64,000 nucleotides of DNA from Eledone cirrhosa. Lineage: Eukaryota. The stretch's first letter is position 1; every line of letters starts with the position of its first letter. The notes under the pieces are model-generated. The model had not been told where the DNA came from. It made no database searches and saw only the letters and a list, made by a program, of their open reading frames with translations. The stretch lies in NCBI GenBank assembly GCA_964016885.1, contig OZ024743.1, positions 22,506,001-22,570,000 of the forward strand, given 5' to 3'. Below are positions 24,783-39,440 of the stretch, in pieces. The position numbers were made by a program, and so were the translations under genes.

Positions 24783-26650
24783 GTTGGGTGAGGAACGGGG
24801 CAGGTGAGTATCCCTCCTAGGTCTCTGAAATCACCAACTGCGTTGGGGAATTTCATTTTAATGTTTATGTATTGTTTCTGTGATATTCTTACCAGTCTTA
24901 TGTTCGTTGGTGTTTTGATTGGTGCTGGTATTATGTAGTCGTGCTGTGAAATGTCTGTGTTCAATTATGTAAATCATTAGTTTCTTGTTGCATGTATTTA
25001 TTGCTGTGCATTTCTTTTTCTGGGGGTGGGGTGTGGTTCTGCTATTTTCTTGTCGTTGTTGCTGGGTGTGTGTATTTTGTTGTGTTTGTGATGTTGGTGC
25101 TTGTGGTGTTGTTGGCGGTGGGGTTGCCGCCGGTGGTGATGGTAGTGCTAGTGTGGGTGGTGATGGTGGTGTTGCTGCTGTAAGTCTCTTTGCAGTAGCC
25201 TTCACAATTTTTTTCATTTCTTTCCTCCCTTTTCGAAGGCGACGATACGCTGCTTCTGCGTCTGTGCCTTCTTGCGACCTTTTGCCATCCCTCTCCCACC
25301 TCATGTCCGATTCTGTGAGGTCAGGGAGGGGTACCAGGTCCACTCTTTCACTTGTTCGTGATGGTTGCAGTGGAGTCTCTGTTGCAGCTGCAGTTGGTAT
25401 TACTGTTGTTAATACTTCCACTGCTGCTGCTGTTCTTGATTTCTATGGTGTGGGTATGGGTGCCACAGACCTATTCTTCCTGCTTGCCGCCTGTCCTGTT
25501 GCTGGTAGCAGTGGAGCCGGTTTCGGAAGGTGGGGGGGGGGGGGGGGTTTCTCCGTTCTCAGGGTCTTCTCATTGCAGAAGGCCCTGAGGTGAGTCTTCG
25601 ACCCACAGCGAAAGCATTTCAGGCATCTGCCCTCAACACTTATGGGAAGTTGAGTGCCGTTATCAAAGTCTATCACATCTGGGATAGCTTTGATGCACTC
25701 CTGGTTGGTTTGAATTAACATCTTAATGGTGGCACCGACCCAATCTTCTCGTGCTTTTTTCTGTACTTGCAGTACGGTTGTTTTGTCCTCGATTCCGACA
25801 AGGACAGACGTGGCCAGCCCGGTGGGGACTTGGGTCAGTTTGACCCTCACAATTTTTTGCCTGCAGTAGGAGGGCACCAACACCATTTCCTCGCTCCTTA
25901 GGGTCACTAAGGATTGAGCCTTTGCCTCCTGGAGTGTGGCAAAAAGCACGTCCACGGTGGCATATTTCTTGCCTCGGGTGATATGCGTTTTCCGCTGCCA
26001 CAGAGACCCTAAGGCTTTTTGTATTTGAGCCTCTGTAGCTCTTTCAACCCTACGTGATTTTGTGCTTACTGTACGGTACTGCTGTTGGGTTTCGAAAAAT
26101 TCTTCGGCTGCCTTGCAGGTTGCTCGGTGTCCGGTTTTCGTCACCATCTTCTGTGGTTCCTGTAATTCCTCATTTGTTATAAGGATGGTTTCAAGGTTCT
26201 TTGCGAACCCTGCAAACAAGATTGGTTTTTCTTTCTTGTTGTTGTTGTCGTCAGAGCTGCTGTTACTATACCGCCGCCGCCGCTGTTGTTGTTGCTGTTG
26301 TTGTTGCTGTTGCTGTTGCTGCGACTAGTATTTTCCTCACAAATGTTGCTGCTGCTATTATGGTTGTGGCTGCTATTCTTATTTACGTCAGATGAATGAA
26401 ATGGCTTTCCGTATTTACTGCACACATCTTTCGTCGTTGTCGTGGAGAAATGTTCCACGGTACGCGTGTTCTTTTGATGAAGAAACTACATTTTTCTTTT
26501 TCTTTAATGGCATCGCTTGCGAAAGAGGCGATACCACATTTAGAGAAGGGAAGGAGAGAGAGACAATCTTTTCTGACGTAATGACGATTGAGGAAGAAGA
26601 AGACGGAAAGAGTGGTAGTGACTTGTGAAAATTCTTTTTTGTAGCCATGT
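24755..26650 (-). pseudogene. Tx1-like ORF1 (gag-like nucleic-acid-binding protein), frameshifted
   Basis: The 25443-26219 segment has the CX2CX4HX4C knuckle CFRCGSKTHLRAFC followed by a Pro/Thr/Gln-rich region. The start position is uncertain. Confidence 0.75.
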
Positions 26651-26863
26651 TTTTTTTACGGTTTAAAATGAATATTGAGCACAAAACCCCAAAAACCGGT
26701 TATTTAACCCGGAAGGGCCAAATAACGGGCAGAAAGACCCCTCTCACGAGGAGGAGGGTGTCTTTATCTACAATTTGGTTCAAGTTTTAAACAATTTACA
26801 ATTGTTATAACGGTTAAAAATTACTATACCTTACAGAGCTGAGCCTACGTCAACCATGGCTTC

Positions 26864-27050
26864 AATAATAATAATAATAGTTTCTATTTTTGGCACAAGG
26901 CCAGCAATTGCCCAGTGCATTACTGGTACTTTATTTTACCGATCCCGTAAGGATGAAAGGCAAAGTTAACCTCAGCGAGATTTAAACTCAGAATGGCAAG
27001 GGCCATAACTATGCATCAAGGCATGGCGTCCAACCCTCTACCGATACTGC
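26864..27050 (-). mobile_element. SINE-A directly upstream of the Tx1-like LINE
   Basis: Its (ATT)n tail is the LINE's 5' flank, and another (AAT)n follows at 27052-27081. Confidence 0.92.
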
Positions 27051-27086
<36 letters not shown>

Positions 27087-27944
27087 GATAACGGAATTTA
27101 ACATAAATCAATATATTGTATTTTTCAAGGCAAAACATTTTATATGGTTTAACTCGATTTTTTTGGGGGGGGGGGGAAATATGACACGCCCATTACATTA
27201 AGTCATTAACATCAAGATGATATAGCAAAATATGATTGTCTCATGATGGTACTAATGTTAAAACCAATATGGTCATTATAATGAAACTGTTCTCATGACT
27301 TCGTTTGTTACAATCATTGTCTCCACCACCAACAACAACAACAATATTGCCACCAGCAGCAGAAGCACTATCATCATAGCCACCATCAAGTGTCTTTCAT
27401 TTAAGCAGTGACATTACAACTTGATAGCAGTTGAAAGAATACCTAAAATGAAAGCATGTTGAAAGCTAGTAACATTTTATGTACAAATAAAGTGGTCAAA
27501 TACATATTTCTATACAGGACACTGTATTTAACATTGTTCCATTACACCTAGCTGCCAAGAATATGTACCATATTTTCTGGGGAAATGTCAAGAGCTGCAC
27601 AACCATTATTGTATAGGACAAGTAACTGACAAATTTTCACACTAACATATGGAATAAATAAATATTTATATCAGCTTAATTCATAACATTTCTTTTATGT
27701 AGTAAAATATATAGGACTAATTTATGGTATGATGCAATCGCCAAACCAGCACTGAGTTAGTACCAAATTATTTATGAGAGCAATATGCCAGGATAATGAC
27801 ATCCTTCATACTTTTGGTCCAGCCAAAAAACTAGTCAGCAATACAGTAACATTCATACTAATTTTTTTTTTACTAGTCATATGTTGAATTCTTATAGAAA
27901 AAATATTGTTGACTACATTAATTGATATATTAATGGTTCTTAAT

Positions 27945-28142
27945 AATTCTTTCTAAAATTAGAACAAGGCCAACAATTTTATGGAACAGTAAAGTCAGTA
28001 TTTTACTGGTACTTTATTTTATCAACCTCAGAAGGATGATAGACAAAGTTGATGTTGGAGGGATTTGAACTCAGAACATAAAAAGTCGTAACTAAATGCC
28101 ACAAAATATTTTGTCTCATGCTCTACTGATACTGCCAATCCC
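27945..28142 (-). mobile_element. Old, diverged SINE-A-related copy
   Basis: ACAAGGCCAACAATT..ACTGGTACTTTATTTTATCAACC..GGATTTGAACTCAG..GATACTGCCAATC. Confidence 0.75.
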
Positions 28143-28264
28143 CCATTTTTTAAATTGTTCTTGATAATATTACCAGTAATATTCTAATCAAAGTTCACCT
28201 GCATGATTTGAATGCAAAATTATAACAACATGCTACATAGCATTTAGTCTAGCATTCCACCACT

Positions 28265-29050
28265 GCCATCATCATCATCATCATCATCATACTTCCAATT
28301 TATAATGCTTGCATGGATTTGTCAGATTTTATCTAGCACAGTATTTTGCCACTTGCTGTTCTTTGTTATTTCTATTTGTCAATCAGTTTTCACCACTTCT
28401 CCCATAGATTCCTTCCAGTTGGATCATCTGATGCTTTTGTACTCATCAATAGTCATAACATGGCCATATCAATGAACTCTCTTGCACACTACATGTGATT
28501 ACTCTCATGCACAGTCTTTTTCTCAAATCATTTATGCTCTGTTGCTCATACACACTAAAGAATTATGCTCAATCAAAGTATTTATAATTTGGTTCCACAC
28601 ACCTTTACATCACATATAATCATGCATACAACCCTTTTAACTTGCTTTCTATGTTACTAATATTGCAGAGAACATGTTAATCTTTTATCTCTCTATATAT
28701 TTATATCATGTTAATCTTTTGTAAGATAAATAGTATATTAATACAGTTCCTTTTGGTGTTATTGATAAACTCTGTATTTTTTTTTAAATTGTTTTTACAT
28801 ATTTAGAGCATCATTAATTTCACAACTCCCTAAACATTTTCTACATCATTCTTACTGTGGTTAGGATGCTTTTGGAAAACCCAACTCTACTGTTAATTAT
28901 GTCATTCCAGTAACATAAGCTGTCAACTACTTCTAGGGAGCCTTCTGATTATTTGAAAGAATTTATTTCATGGCAGTTCTTTCTACTAGTTACTCCTAAA
29001 GGTCTTCCTGCTTTGACTGCCTGCCTGTGATATCATTTTTATTAAATCTA
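28265..29050 (-). mobile_element. Highly decayed RTE-like 3' fragment
   Basis: A (CAT)n tail at 28267-28290 followed by patchy similarity to the RTE ORF end, e.g. ACATGGCCATATCAATG and AGCTGTCAACTACTTCTAGGGAGCCTTC. Confidence 0.55.
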
Positions 29051-30182
29051 TTGTCTTCATAAAGCCTATTTTTATAAGTACAATCTTCAAAATGATTGGT
29101 GATAAGCGGGGCATCCAGCTGTAAAAAACTTAGTAAACAAAGGGCCAGAGGGACTCTTCAGCTAACCTCTCTCATATTGGTGATTTACACGATAAATGCA
29201 CCCAGAACACTCTGTAAAGCCATTCACATTAGGTAGAGCATACAGCCATAGAAAACCTGCCAAGAAGACTCTTCAACTGAGTCAAAAACATGACAGCTTC
29301 CCTTTTGCTGGTGGCATGACAAAATGCACTTTATAGTGTGTGGCACCATATGTAAGAGAGTTGTGGGCCACTGGCACATATGTGAAGTCAGTACATCAAC
29401 TTGTGTGCCAGCTTGGTCTATTGATGGCTTATTCAACCCTTGCTAACATAGAAAGCAGCAGGCATTAAACAACAATGAAGTAGAGTTGACTGCATCAACA
29501 TCAATTTATAGCTGATAACTATTTTGTCATCCCCACAAGAGATTTAATCTCAAGCATAAAACTCTTAATCTGAGTATCATCAGTTTGAATTACATTTTAG
29601 ATACCATGAGCTAACAAGGGAGCCTCTGTGTGGTAGCATGACCAAATCCCCTCAAATTACCCTCTACCAGCTTAAAAAAAAAAAAAAGAAAAAAAAGAAA
29701 GAGCACAGTAGACACCATTTCCACCAGCTGCTTTGCCCTTGTAGTGCAATGTTTACACTACACTTTATAATACCATGTACTTCTTATCACTTAACTGTTG
29801 GGAATAAATACTAGACTTTCTACAAGTGTTCAATGTAAAGGACATGAAGAGTTAAAACAAAGTGCACAGAGACAACAAACTGTATCATATAAAAATTGGT
29901 GGAGTTACACCAAGTTCTCAAAAATTTATGTATTAGGCCTTTTGATACTAAACTGTCTGGAACTGTAATTCTATGATACAAAGATATTTATACTTATTTA
30001 AAAACCTTACATCATAAGTGCATGTTAAACCTTTTTTATGTTCCAAACTGCATCTTAATAATGGGGAAGATATATTACTAACCCTTCCAAAGCATTGATT
30101 ATTTTCAAAGTTATTTGAAACACATTCAACAATAATTTGTCACTATTAAGTGACAGACAGAGGGACTTAATCTTTCTTCTGC

Positions 30183-30416
30183 TTAACCCTTTAGCATTTA
30201 GCATTTAAACCAGCCATATCCAGCCAGAACTCTCACTTCTTTCTGTTCAAACTAGCTGTAACTGGCTGTTCATACCTACATTAAAGTATTGCTATCAAAA
30301 TAAATAACATCAAAATCTTATACATTTGATAGGATGTGAGATAATTATGTAAGATAAAGCCTTTACTGTGAAAATACAATAGTATATATAGAGTAATGTA
30401 AATACTAAAGAGTTAA
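30183..30416 (+). mobile_element. piggyBac-type MITE
   Basis: TTAACCCTTTAGCATTT ... AAATACTAAAGAGTTAA. Confidence 0.85.
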
Positions 30417-30689
30417 TGTCAATACTAGCACCAGCCCTATAGATCCTTGTAATTCAGAAAATCAGCTCAGTAAAGCTTCTGATTAAAGAGAGGAGTCTTA
30501 TCAACAAGTAAATACACAATCATAGATTAAAAATAAACTGGTAGTGAAGTCTCAAAACACCCTAAAAATATTAAAAAGACAAATTTGAATTTTATGATTT
30601 ACTATATAAACTTTTTCCTTATTAGAGAGCGCAAACATGCTGTAGTGCTGATAGAAATTATTAATTAGCGGATGTTAAAAATGAGGATG

Positions 30690-30691
<2 letters not shown>

Positions 30692-30754
<63 letters not shown>

Positions 30755-30759
30755 AACAG

Positions 30760-30804
<45 letters not shown>

Positions 30805-30833
30805 TATACACACACACACATATATACATATAT

Positions 30834-30877
<44 letters not shown>

Positions 30878-30900
30878 GTGTGTGTGTGTGTATGTATGTA
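30692..30900. repeat. (CA)n(TA)n(TG)n microsatellite
   Basis: Directly visible. Confidence 0.95.
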
Positions 30901-33211
30901 TTCAGGTGTACTAGATAAACTGGAGCAACTAATAATATGAGTAGTCTTGGATATCTCCTACTAGTTTGGAATGGATAAATTCCAGTTACATGACATAATT
31001 AGTGCTTGAAGGGGAGCCAGTAATAGCATTAATACTGAAGGTGTGAGGTTGGTGGAATAAGTTTAGAGAACAGCTATCTCTGTTGGCAACAAACAGTTAG
31101 TTATTCTTTCTAGGTTATGAAAGGCAGGCTACATGAGGTATGTTTAAGCAGCATGGGAATGTAATGCTGTACAGGAATGAAACATGGGTAATGTGAACAG
31201 AGGATTTGAAAAAATAAAGAGTAATAAGCTGATGATCTGCTGGAAATACAGTTTTAACTCTGAAAATAACATGTGAACAAAAATTAGTTGAGAATGCTGC
31301 AACTGAATAAATAATTTATTAATTATCTGGTTTAGAATAGGTACACCAAAACCCTGCCTGTCGTAAGTGACTAAAACAATTAGAGTCAGGAAGAGCATCT
31401 GACTATAAAATATTACCCCAAAAGGTCCCATCCACTCCATGCTAGCATGCAAAAATGACAATGATGGTGATGAAGATAATATTAGAAATGTGACATTATT
31501 GTAGTTTTCTTTCTCATTTCGTTTTGATTTATTTCTAGTGTAATGTGCTGGCAGAAATGTCTTTTAATTCTCTTTAAAATATAGGGAGGTCTTGTTCACA
31601 TTTCTTTTATTCAGGAGAAATATTAAGAAGGTATTGTAAGTGAGAGGTTTTGATCATCGCATCTAACTAAACAACCAATTTGAATGATTATTAGGAATAC
31701 ATGTACTATTGCTTGGTAGCGAAACCGTCTTCAACTGTTGAAGGGTCCAGAAGGATATTAGCATATACTAAGAATTTGGCCAACCAATTCCGAAGACATA
31801 GTTTTCAGTGATACAACAGCGAAAATTATAATATATTCTTTTCTTACATAGACATTAAAAATGTAACCAACCCAACTTGTAAAGTGGTAGCAATATGCCA
31901 CAATAAAAAGCACCAAATCCACACTGTAAAGTGTTAGTTCTGGTGCCATGACAAAAAGCACTCAGTCCATTCTGCAAAATAGTAGTGTTGATTTCAAAAT
32001 AAAATGCTGTAAACTGGTTGGCATCAGGAATGGCTCCAAGCCAAAAGTGGAGTGTATTAGCAAGACATCATCACCAGTCCAGTTTAAACTTAGTGCATGA
32101 CACCCCTTCTAATCCATGCAAGCAGAGAAAATAGATGCTAAATGATACCTGTGAGAGGTAAAGTATAGTTGAATGTTATTCCCTCAGTATTTATGCTGCA
32201 TTGAGTATAGTCTTCTGTACTTAATCTATCACCCTAACTGACACTAGTAGCCTACAACAATTAGCTGGATAGTGCAGAATTCATTTCCTGCCATAAAAAG
32301 GTTAATGGTAGGAGATGGAGATTGAATTCAGAATGTAAAAAGTCAGAACAGATACCAGAATGTATCTCATCCAACACTGTAATGATTCTGCCAATACACC
32401 ATTCTAGATCAAAGAATGAAAGGAAAAATTGACATTGCAGTGATTTGAACTTAGCACAGAGGGATCTAGAAAAAAATATTACAAATGACTGCCTTAATAT
32501 ATAGTTGACTATATCGACTGAAGTTATAAGTGATATTTTCTAGTCTTACAACTTCTGAAAGTAAAGTGGTATTTGGTTCTCTTAATTCTTCAATTTCAGT
32601 GAGTCAAGTGTAATACTTGAACTCCAATTTAGTTAGTTTCTCTTCTTTTTATTGTTGAATTTTGATATTGTTTTTTTGCCTATTAGTTTTATTTTCAAAA
32701 TATGTCTGGTGCTGGCATTTGAGTCAGAAAGGTACTAAATTGTTATATAGAAAATGTTCATTCTATAGCCACGTTTATTTTCTTCTTTCTAGCATTGAAA
32801 ACAATATAATGAGCATGAATCTTAAGCCAGAATAATTATCCACTCCAGACAATGTTTAATAGAATGTTGGACTATTAATATAAAATATTCAATAAATTTA
32901 TATGCAAGAATTTACAATTCCTTTTTTTAAAGCTACTAATCCTCTCTTCCTCATGGGATTCAAACAGATATGCAAGAAATTGCAAAGAAAAAATAACACT
33001 ATTTGTTTATAGATTAATATGGTAAAAGAAATTAATTCTTAATTCAGCTGACAGAAGCAAATAGAATAATCCTCTTTATTTAGTGTCACAACTTAACATT
33101 AAATGTCAGTATTCGAAATTGTCACCTTCAATGTAAAACATTATGCCAAGCTTATACAAATTTAATGTTTTCTTAAAATTGAAGAATGTTTAGATTTCTA
33201 TCAATTTAATG

Positions 33212-34063
33212 GGAGTTGTCACCTCTCCAGTCATTATTTTCATGAACAGGATTGACATGTGCAGCCTGGTTGGAAATGGTATCACAACTGGCAGGTGTAA
33301 AATCAATCAGCTGGAATTTGCAGACGACATGGCGTTACTTAACTCAACAGAAGGTGATCTCTAACTTACACTTGATAGGTTTGATGTCGAATGCAGCATG
33401 GCTAGAATGAAAATCAGAGCTGTGAAAACTCAAAGACGCCTGTGCAGTGCACTCTACATGTGAATAGAGTTGCACTGTAGCAGGTAGAGAAGTTCAAGTA
33501 TCTTGAGGCCATGTTCACAAATGATGGAAAGCAGGAGGCTGAAGTGCAAGAATTGTAGGAGCTGGTGCAGTAGTGTGCCATCTTAAGCATTCAGTAATCA
33601 GGAGAAGGGAGGTAGGTGTAAAAGCTAAACTTGACACCTTCAATTCAATATTTGTGACAACCCTTACTTATGGTTATGAATTTTGGGTAATGACTGAAAG
33701 AATATGATTGAGAATACAAGTAGCTGAAATGGGGTTCCTCTGAAGGGCCTTTGGAGTAACATTACTCAGAGTGCATAGCTCAGAAATCAGAACCATTCCC
33801 GGTAGAGCTGCTACTTCTCTGAACTGAGAAACCACAGCTCCGATACTATGGGTGTGCAGTCAGAATGTCTCAAGAAAGAATCACTGGACAGATTTTATGG
33901 GCAAAACCAACCAACAGGAAAACCAGGGGTAGACCTCGAGCAAGATGGTTGAATAACATCCACGAGCTTGGGAATGGTTGTTTCTGACAGGACCCACTAG
34001 AAGGAATATTTCAGGACACTGCTGCCATGACCCTTTCAGGAATATGTGGGTGAAGAAGAAGAT
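33212..34063 (+). mobile_element. Second RTE-clade LINE family (Rex3/Expander-like), decayed 3' portion with a (GAA)n tail
   Basis: Remnant motifs FADD, VEKFKYL, TLTYGYEFWVMTE, MGFL*R and RGRPRARW. Ends GAAGAAGAAGATG. Confidence 0.8.
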
Positions 34064-34852
34064 GAAAAAAAAAAAATCAATTTAATGAAAGACAGGCAAG
34101 ATGAGGGTAGGGAATCAATATTCTATTAATTTATAATGAGTAAATATGCTCCTACAAAGTCAAACCTATCACCTGGCTTCAAATTTTGGCTACAGCCATT
34201 TCAGTTCACATATGACCATTTCAACATAACACTTATGTACTTTTCCATAAAAATATATTTTGTGCTTACTCAAAAGAAATCAATATTTCTCTTATTACTG
34301 CTAGTCAAAGAAGGGCAGTGATAGGTAAAAATCAGAGCAAAGAACAAAATGCTTTTCACCATTCCATCATATCACATCCTTCTATGTTCTGAATTTAAAT
34401 CTATCACACTCCAGTCAACTTTACCTTTTATCTTATCAGAGTAATAAAGAAGAAATATTTAAATACTGAGTCAATTTAATCAACTATTTTCTTTCCTAAA
34501 ATTGATGGTGTTGTGCTAATAGTAGGAGTTGTTATTGTTAGGCAAGAAGTATGCAATGGAAAAGTTAAAAGGGTACACATTTTGTTCGAGACCTACCTAC
34601 ATTCTGAGTTTGACTACTGCCAGCTTTCATTTAGCTTTAATCAGGCCAAGCTTGATAAAATAAGTACTAATCATGTACTGAAGCCAACTTAGTCAACTAT
34701 GCCCAACTCCTACAGGTTTATGGCCATATGCCAATGTAAAGAATCATTATATTTTTTTTCTTTTTAGACACGAAAAGAAATTTTTATGAATATTTCATTA
34801 TATATATAAGACGTTGGTGGAGATAAACAAGAATGTTGAACTAAGAGCAGCA

Positions 34853-35040
34853 GTGGATTGGCAGTATCAGTAGAGGGTCAGACACCATGCCTTGCAGCAT
34901 AGAGTTACGGCCTTTTATGGTCTGAGTTCAAATCCCACCGAGGTTAACTTGGGCTTTCATCCTTATGGGGTCGATAAAATAAAGTACCAGTAATACACTG
35001 GGATAATTGCTGGCCTTGTGCCAAAAATAGAAACAATTAT
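34853..35040 (+). mobile_element. SINE-A
   Basis: Full head, core and tail. Confidence 0.88.
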
Positions 35041-35899
35041 TTCAACTAGTTCATAGTTGCACTGCCCTGAGTTCAAATCCCACCAAAATCTAAATATGTA
35101 CAAGATATGATCTATAAGAATGATCATATGTTTTTGTCAGTTGAATGAAGCTAATAGTTTATATGAGTAATTTCTAATTTAAGCACAAGATCAGCAATTT
35201 GAGAGCAGGAGAAAGTCAATGAAATTCATCCCAGTACTTGACCGATACTTTATCAGAAGGATGAAAGGCAAACCTCTGTAGGATGGATTTGAACACAGGC
35301 TATAAAGAGCCAGAATTAAACAGCACAAAGTATTTTCTCCAATACTCTGACAATGATAAAATCAATTACATGATAAAATCAATTACCTGATTATCAGAGA
35401 CATTTAAAGTTTGATCATATTTCATATTTCAATGGGGGGAAAAGCAATCTTATTGCAATTAGCAATATTATTGAAGTGAAAGAGCTTCACTCAGGGTACT
35501 TCACCACAGGTTTGGTTCACCATGAGGCTAACTTCTAATCAAAAGCATGCACCATGTTACATTAATAACATAAATTATCAATGTTTAAGTGAAGTGAAGG
35601 ATATACAAAAATGTATAATGAAATATCTGTCAAATATAAAGTATTGAAGAGTAGTGGTAAGTTAGCAGATACAATGTGTTGAACTAAATCCATTACAACA
35701 ATTTTTTTGTTACTCAGTAAGGAGGGTATGGCAGTACCCATGATCCTTTTAAGAGCCTTCAAGACTGGTGTGAGAGAGGAAAGAAGGCATCCTTAAACCA
35801 GAGAATTCATCTGAAAGATTGCAACAGAGTGAAATCCACTAAAGGCATCCAAGGGCCAAGTAGTAACATTGAACTGAGTGACAGATTAAGTCTACCACC

Positions 35900-36730
35900 T
35901 AGTTAGATTATGAAAGAATTTGAACACAGAACACAAAGAACTTAATGGCAAGATCTTGGAAAAGCTGAATCGATTCAAGTATCTTGGCACCTCTTTCATT
36001 GCTGCAGGCCAAAGTAAAAGTGAAGTACTGTCCACTTCATGTGTACACATATTATATTCAATGTTAAATTTAACATTGAAAATGTTATTGTTAGAGCTTT
36101 CTCAGTTGCTTAACAAAAAGTTTGGTTTGCATATTAATTCTGTTTTCATTAGACATGACAAGCTCACAAAAACGTTACCCTGCTTATCAGTGTATGCAGC
36201 TATATCATATTTTATTCAAAGCTCAAAGCTCCATCTGGCCACAAAAATTCACAACTAGCAATTGCTTGTTTGCACCATCCTTTCATCTGGCTGAGGGACA
36301 AAGCCCATTAAAGTCACAGACTTAAGCAAAGTGGAAATATTTGACCACTTTTGCCTTCACCAAATCCTCCATGTCTATGCATTGGATTTTGAGCCAACCT
36401 CTGCAATAAATGGTAGCTGGATTAATTTCTTCCTGCAACTCCTAGTGAAAAGGCACCCCTGTTGATTTCGTCATACACTCTGCCACACATGAGGTAAACC
36501 CATCTGTGATGCAATCATGCCAAAACTCTGCCAGGTGTTGTGTAAAAGGTGAGATGGACATGTGAAAACATGGATTGACCTGATCAAGTCAGATGTAAAG
36601 CTAATCTCTGGTCTCTGCATAGATAGTGTTTGTTGTCATCACTGCCTGAGAATGCAGGGTCAGCTTTTGTTAGTGAGGCATTCATTGCTTAGAACTGGTT
36701 CAAACCATCATGACTGAGTGCTGACACCTG
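35900..36730 (+). mobile_element. Very old LINE fragment (RTE-like)
   Basis: LEKLNRFKYLG motif at about 35955. The rest is heavily decayed and the boundaries are approximate. Confidence 0.45.
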
Positions 36731-37354
36731 TCCAATTACAAGTATTTCAAATAATATATAAATATATATCTCAAAAGTTATTTTAATAAAAGCTAGCTAT
36801 TTTACTAAATCTCAAAAAATTCTTAAATATAAAAAAATTCTCTTTTTTTAACCTCAGGTGAGCCCACATAGAGCAGGGTTCAAAGGTATCTTTTTTTTTT
36901 TTTGTATATCAGAGACTACGTCATCTAATGTATTCTTCTTTTTGTAAGATGGTAGGGTATGATTTGAGTGAGATTTAGCTGCTATTTCTAATAAGTCAAG
37001 CAACTGCATAGAGGCTTTTTTTTTATTTTTTTTTTATTAATATCCAATAGGTACAGTTGTTTTGTTACAACGATAATCAGGAAAATGTTAATGTCTCTTC
37101 TGAAACTATCCCAGTTTTTAGAGAGAGAAAACTATCTATAAAGAAAAATCGTTATCTTAAGGGAAATTAGATAGTAAAAATATAGCATAATTGCTTATAG
37201 AGATTTATTTCTTCAAAGATTTTGAGGAGGTAAACAAAAATTACAATAAAATGAATTGTTCTACAAAGAGTTGCAACTATATTGTTGAACTCATTATCTA
37301 TAAACTATTAACATTAAGATGTAAATAACATTTTTTTTTTTCTTAGAAGAGAAT

Positions 37355-37820
37355 GCATACACATAAACACACATACAGACACATACACACACATACTCAC
37401 AGACACATAAATACACACACACACACACATATTCACAGACACATACTCACAGACACATACCCACAGACACATAAATACACACGTACTCAGACACACAAAC
37501 ACACACACTCACAGACACATAAATACACACATACTCACAGACACATAAATACACACATACTCACAGACACATAAATACATACACACAGACACACATACAC
37601 ACAGACACACACATACTCAGACACAAACACACACATACTTACAGACACAAACACATACTCACAGACACAAATACACACATACTTACAGACACAAACACAT
37701 ACTCACAGACACAAATACACACATACAGACACACACATACTCACAGACACAAACATACTTACAGACACATAAACACACATACTCACAGACACAAATACAC
37801 CCTCACAGACACATATACAA
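37355..37820. repeat. CA-rich degenerate minisatellite (ACACATACTCACAGAC-like units)
   Basis: Repeated CACATACTCACAGACACA. Confidence 0.9.
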
Positions 37821-38504
37821 ACATGAAAACCAAAAGGAAATCTAACTTATATGAATTACTTCCTTTCTTAATGAGGCCTATTTCGATTAATTATATGACT
37901 AATCCGTTTACAGAAGAACCATAGCTATGAGACAGATTTTAAATCTTGTAACAGCTATTTGTGATTGCACTATAGTAAAAGCACTTAACCTCACATCTCA
38001 ACTGGAATAGTAGACAATATTTTCCACTCAAAATACACAGCATAGAGAAGTTAGCAAAATAAAGAACTTAATCAATATAATAAGCATGGAAGTTTTTCCT
38101 TTTTGTCTTGAAATAAATAACTGCCTTTTCTTAAACCTTTTGATACTAACTTGACCAAAAGCAGCTTTGGTTCTATAAAACAAAACCACATATTTTGAAA
38201 TGAACTATTTAAATTAAAATCTTCCAACATAAGTTTATGTATGTACCATATCTTATTGATGAAATAATTAATAATTTTGATAAATCCTACAAAAGTTTTC
38301 AAGAATTAATTGGAACAGAGGATATTTCATTAGAAATAAGGACACACAAAGGTTAATAAATCTATACAAAATTGTGTACATTGGTCCAGTTCCATCTCAG
38401 AGTATTCCATGACAAACAACGGAGTATAAAGGGATAAATCCAGCAAACACCTGCAAAAAGAGTTCAGCTATGCCTTGAAAGCTTATGGAACTGATCAGTA
38501 AATT

Positions 38505-38689
38505 AATTGTTTCTACATTTTGGCACAAGGCCAGCAATTATCCCAGTGTATAACTGGTGCTTTATTTTATCGACCCCGTAAGGATGAAAGGCAAAGTTAA
38601 CCACAGCGGGATTTGAACTCAGGCCATAAAGAGCTGTAACTCTTTGCTGCAAAGCATGGCGTCAGACCCTCTACCGATACTGCCAATCC
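38505..38689 (-). mobile_element. SINE-A
   Basis: Full head, core and tail. Confidence 0.88.
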
Positions 38690-38947
38690 AAATGTTTCTA
38701 TATATAACTATTCACAGCTGTTCTGGACTATTGAGAATCAGGTGATTTTGCCATGGACACAATACCAGTAAGAGGATATGAAACATTGATTAACTCTCCA
38801 TCTTGTAGTCTGGCACTCCCCAACCTTATGCCAGCAACAACTCCAACAATCTATGTCAACACACCATTTTCAAATATTGGTTTCCCCTCAGTAACAAATA
38901 TGATCTGTTCTCTAAGAATCAATATAAAAATTCAATAAATGCTTGTA

Positions 38948-39440
<493 letters not shown>

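Larger units (their letters stand above)
21133..26863 (-). mobile_element. L1/Tx1-clade non-LTR retrotransposon, full length (~5.7 kb), inactivated
   Basis: ORF1 with a gag knuckle, ORF2 with APE-RT-zinc finger, 3' end GCCCTTGTGGCCAATAAAGAAATC(ATT)n, and (AAT)n on both flanks. Confidence 0.93.
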
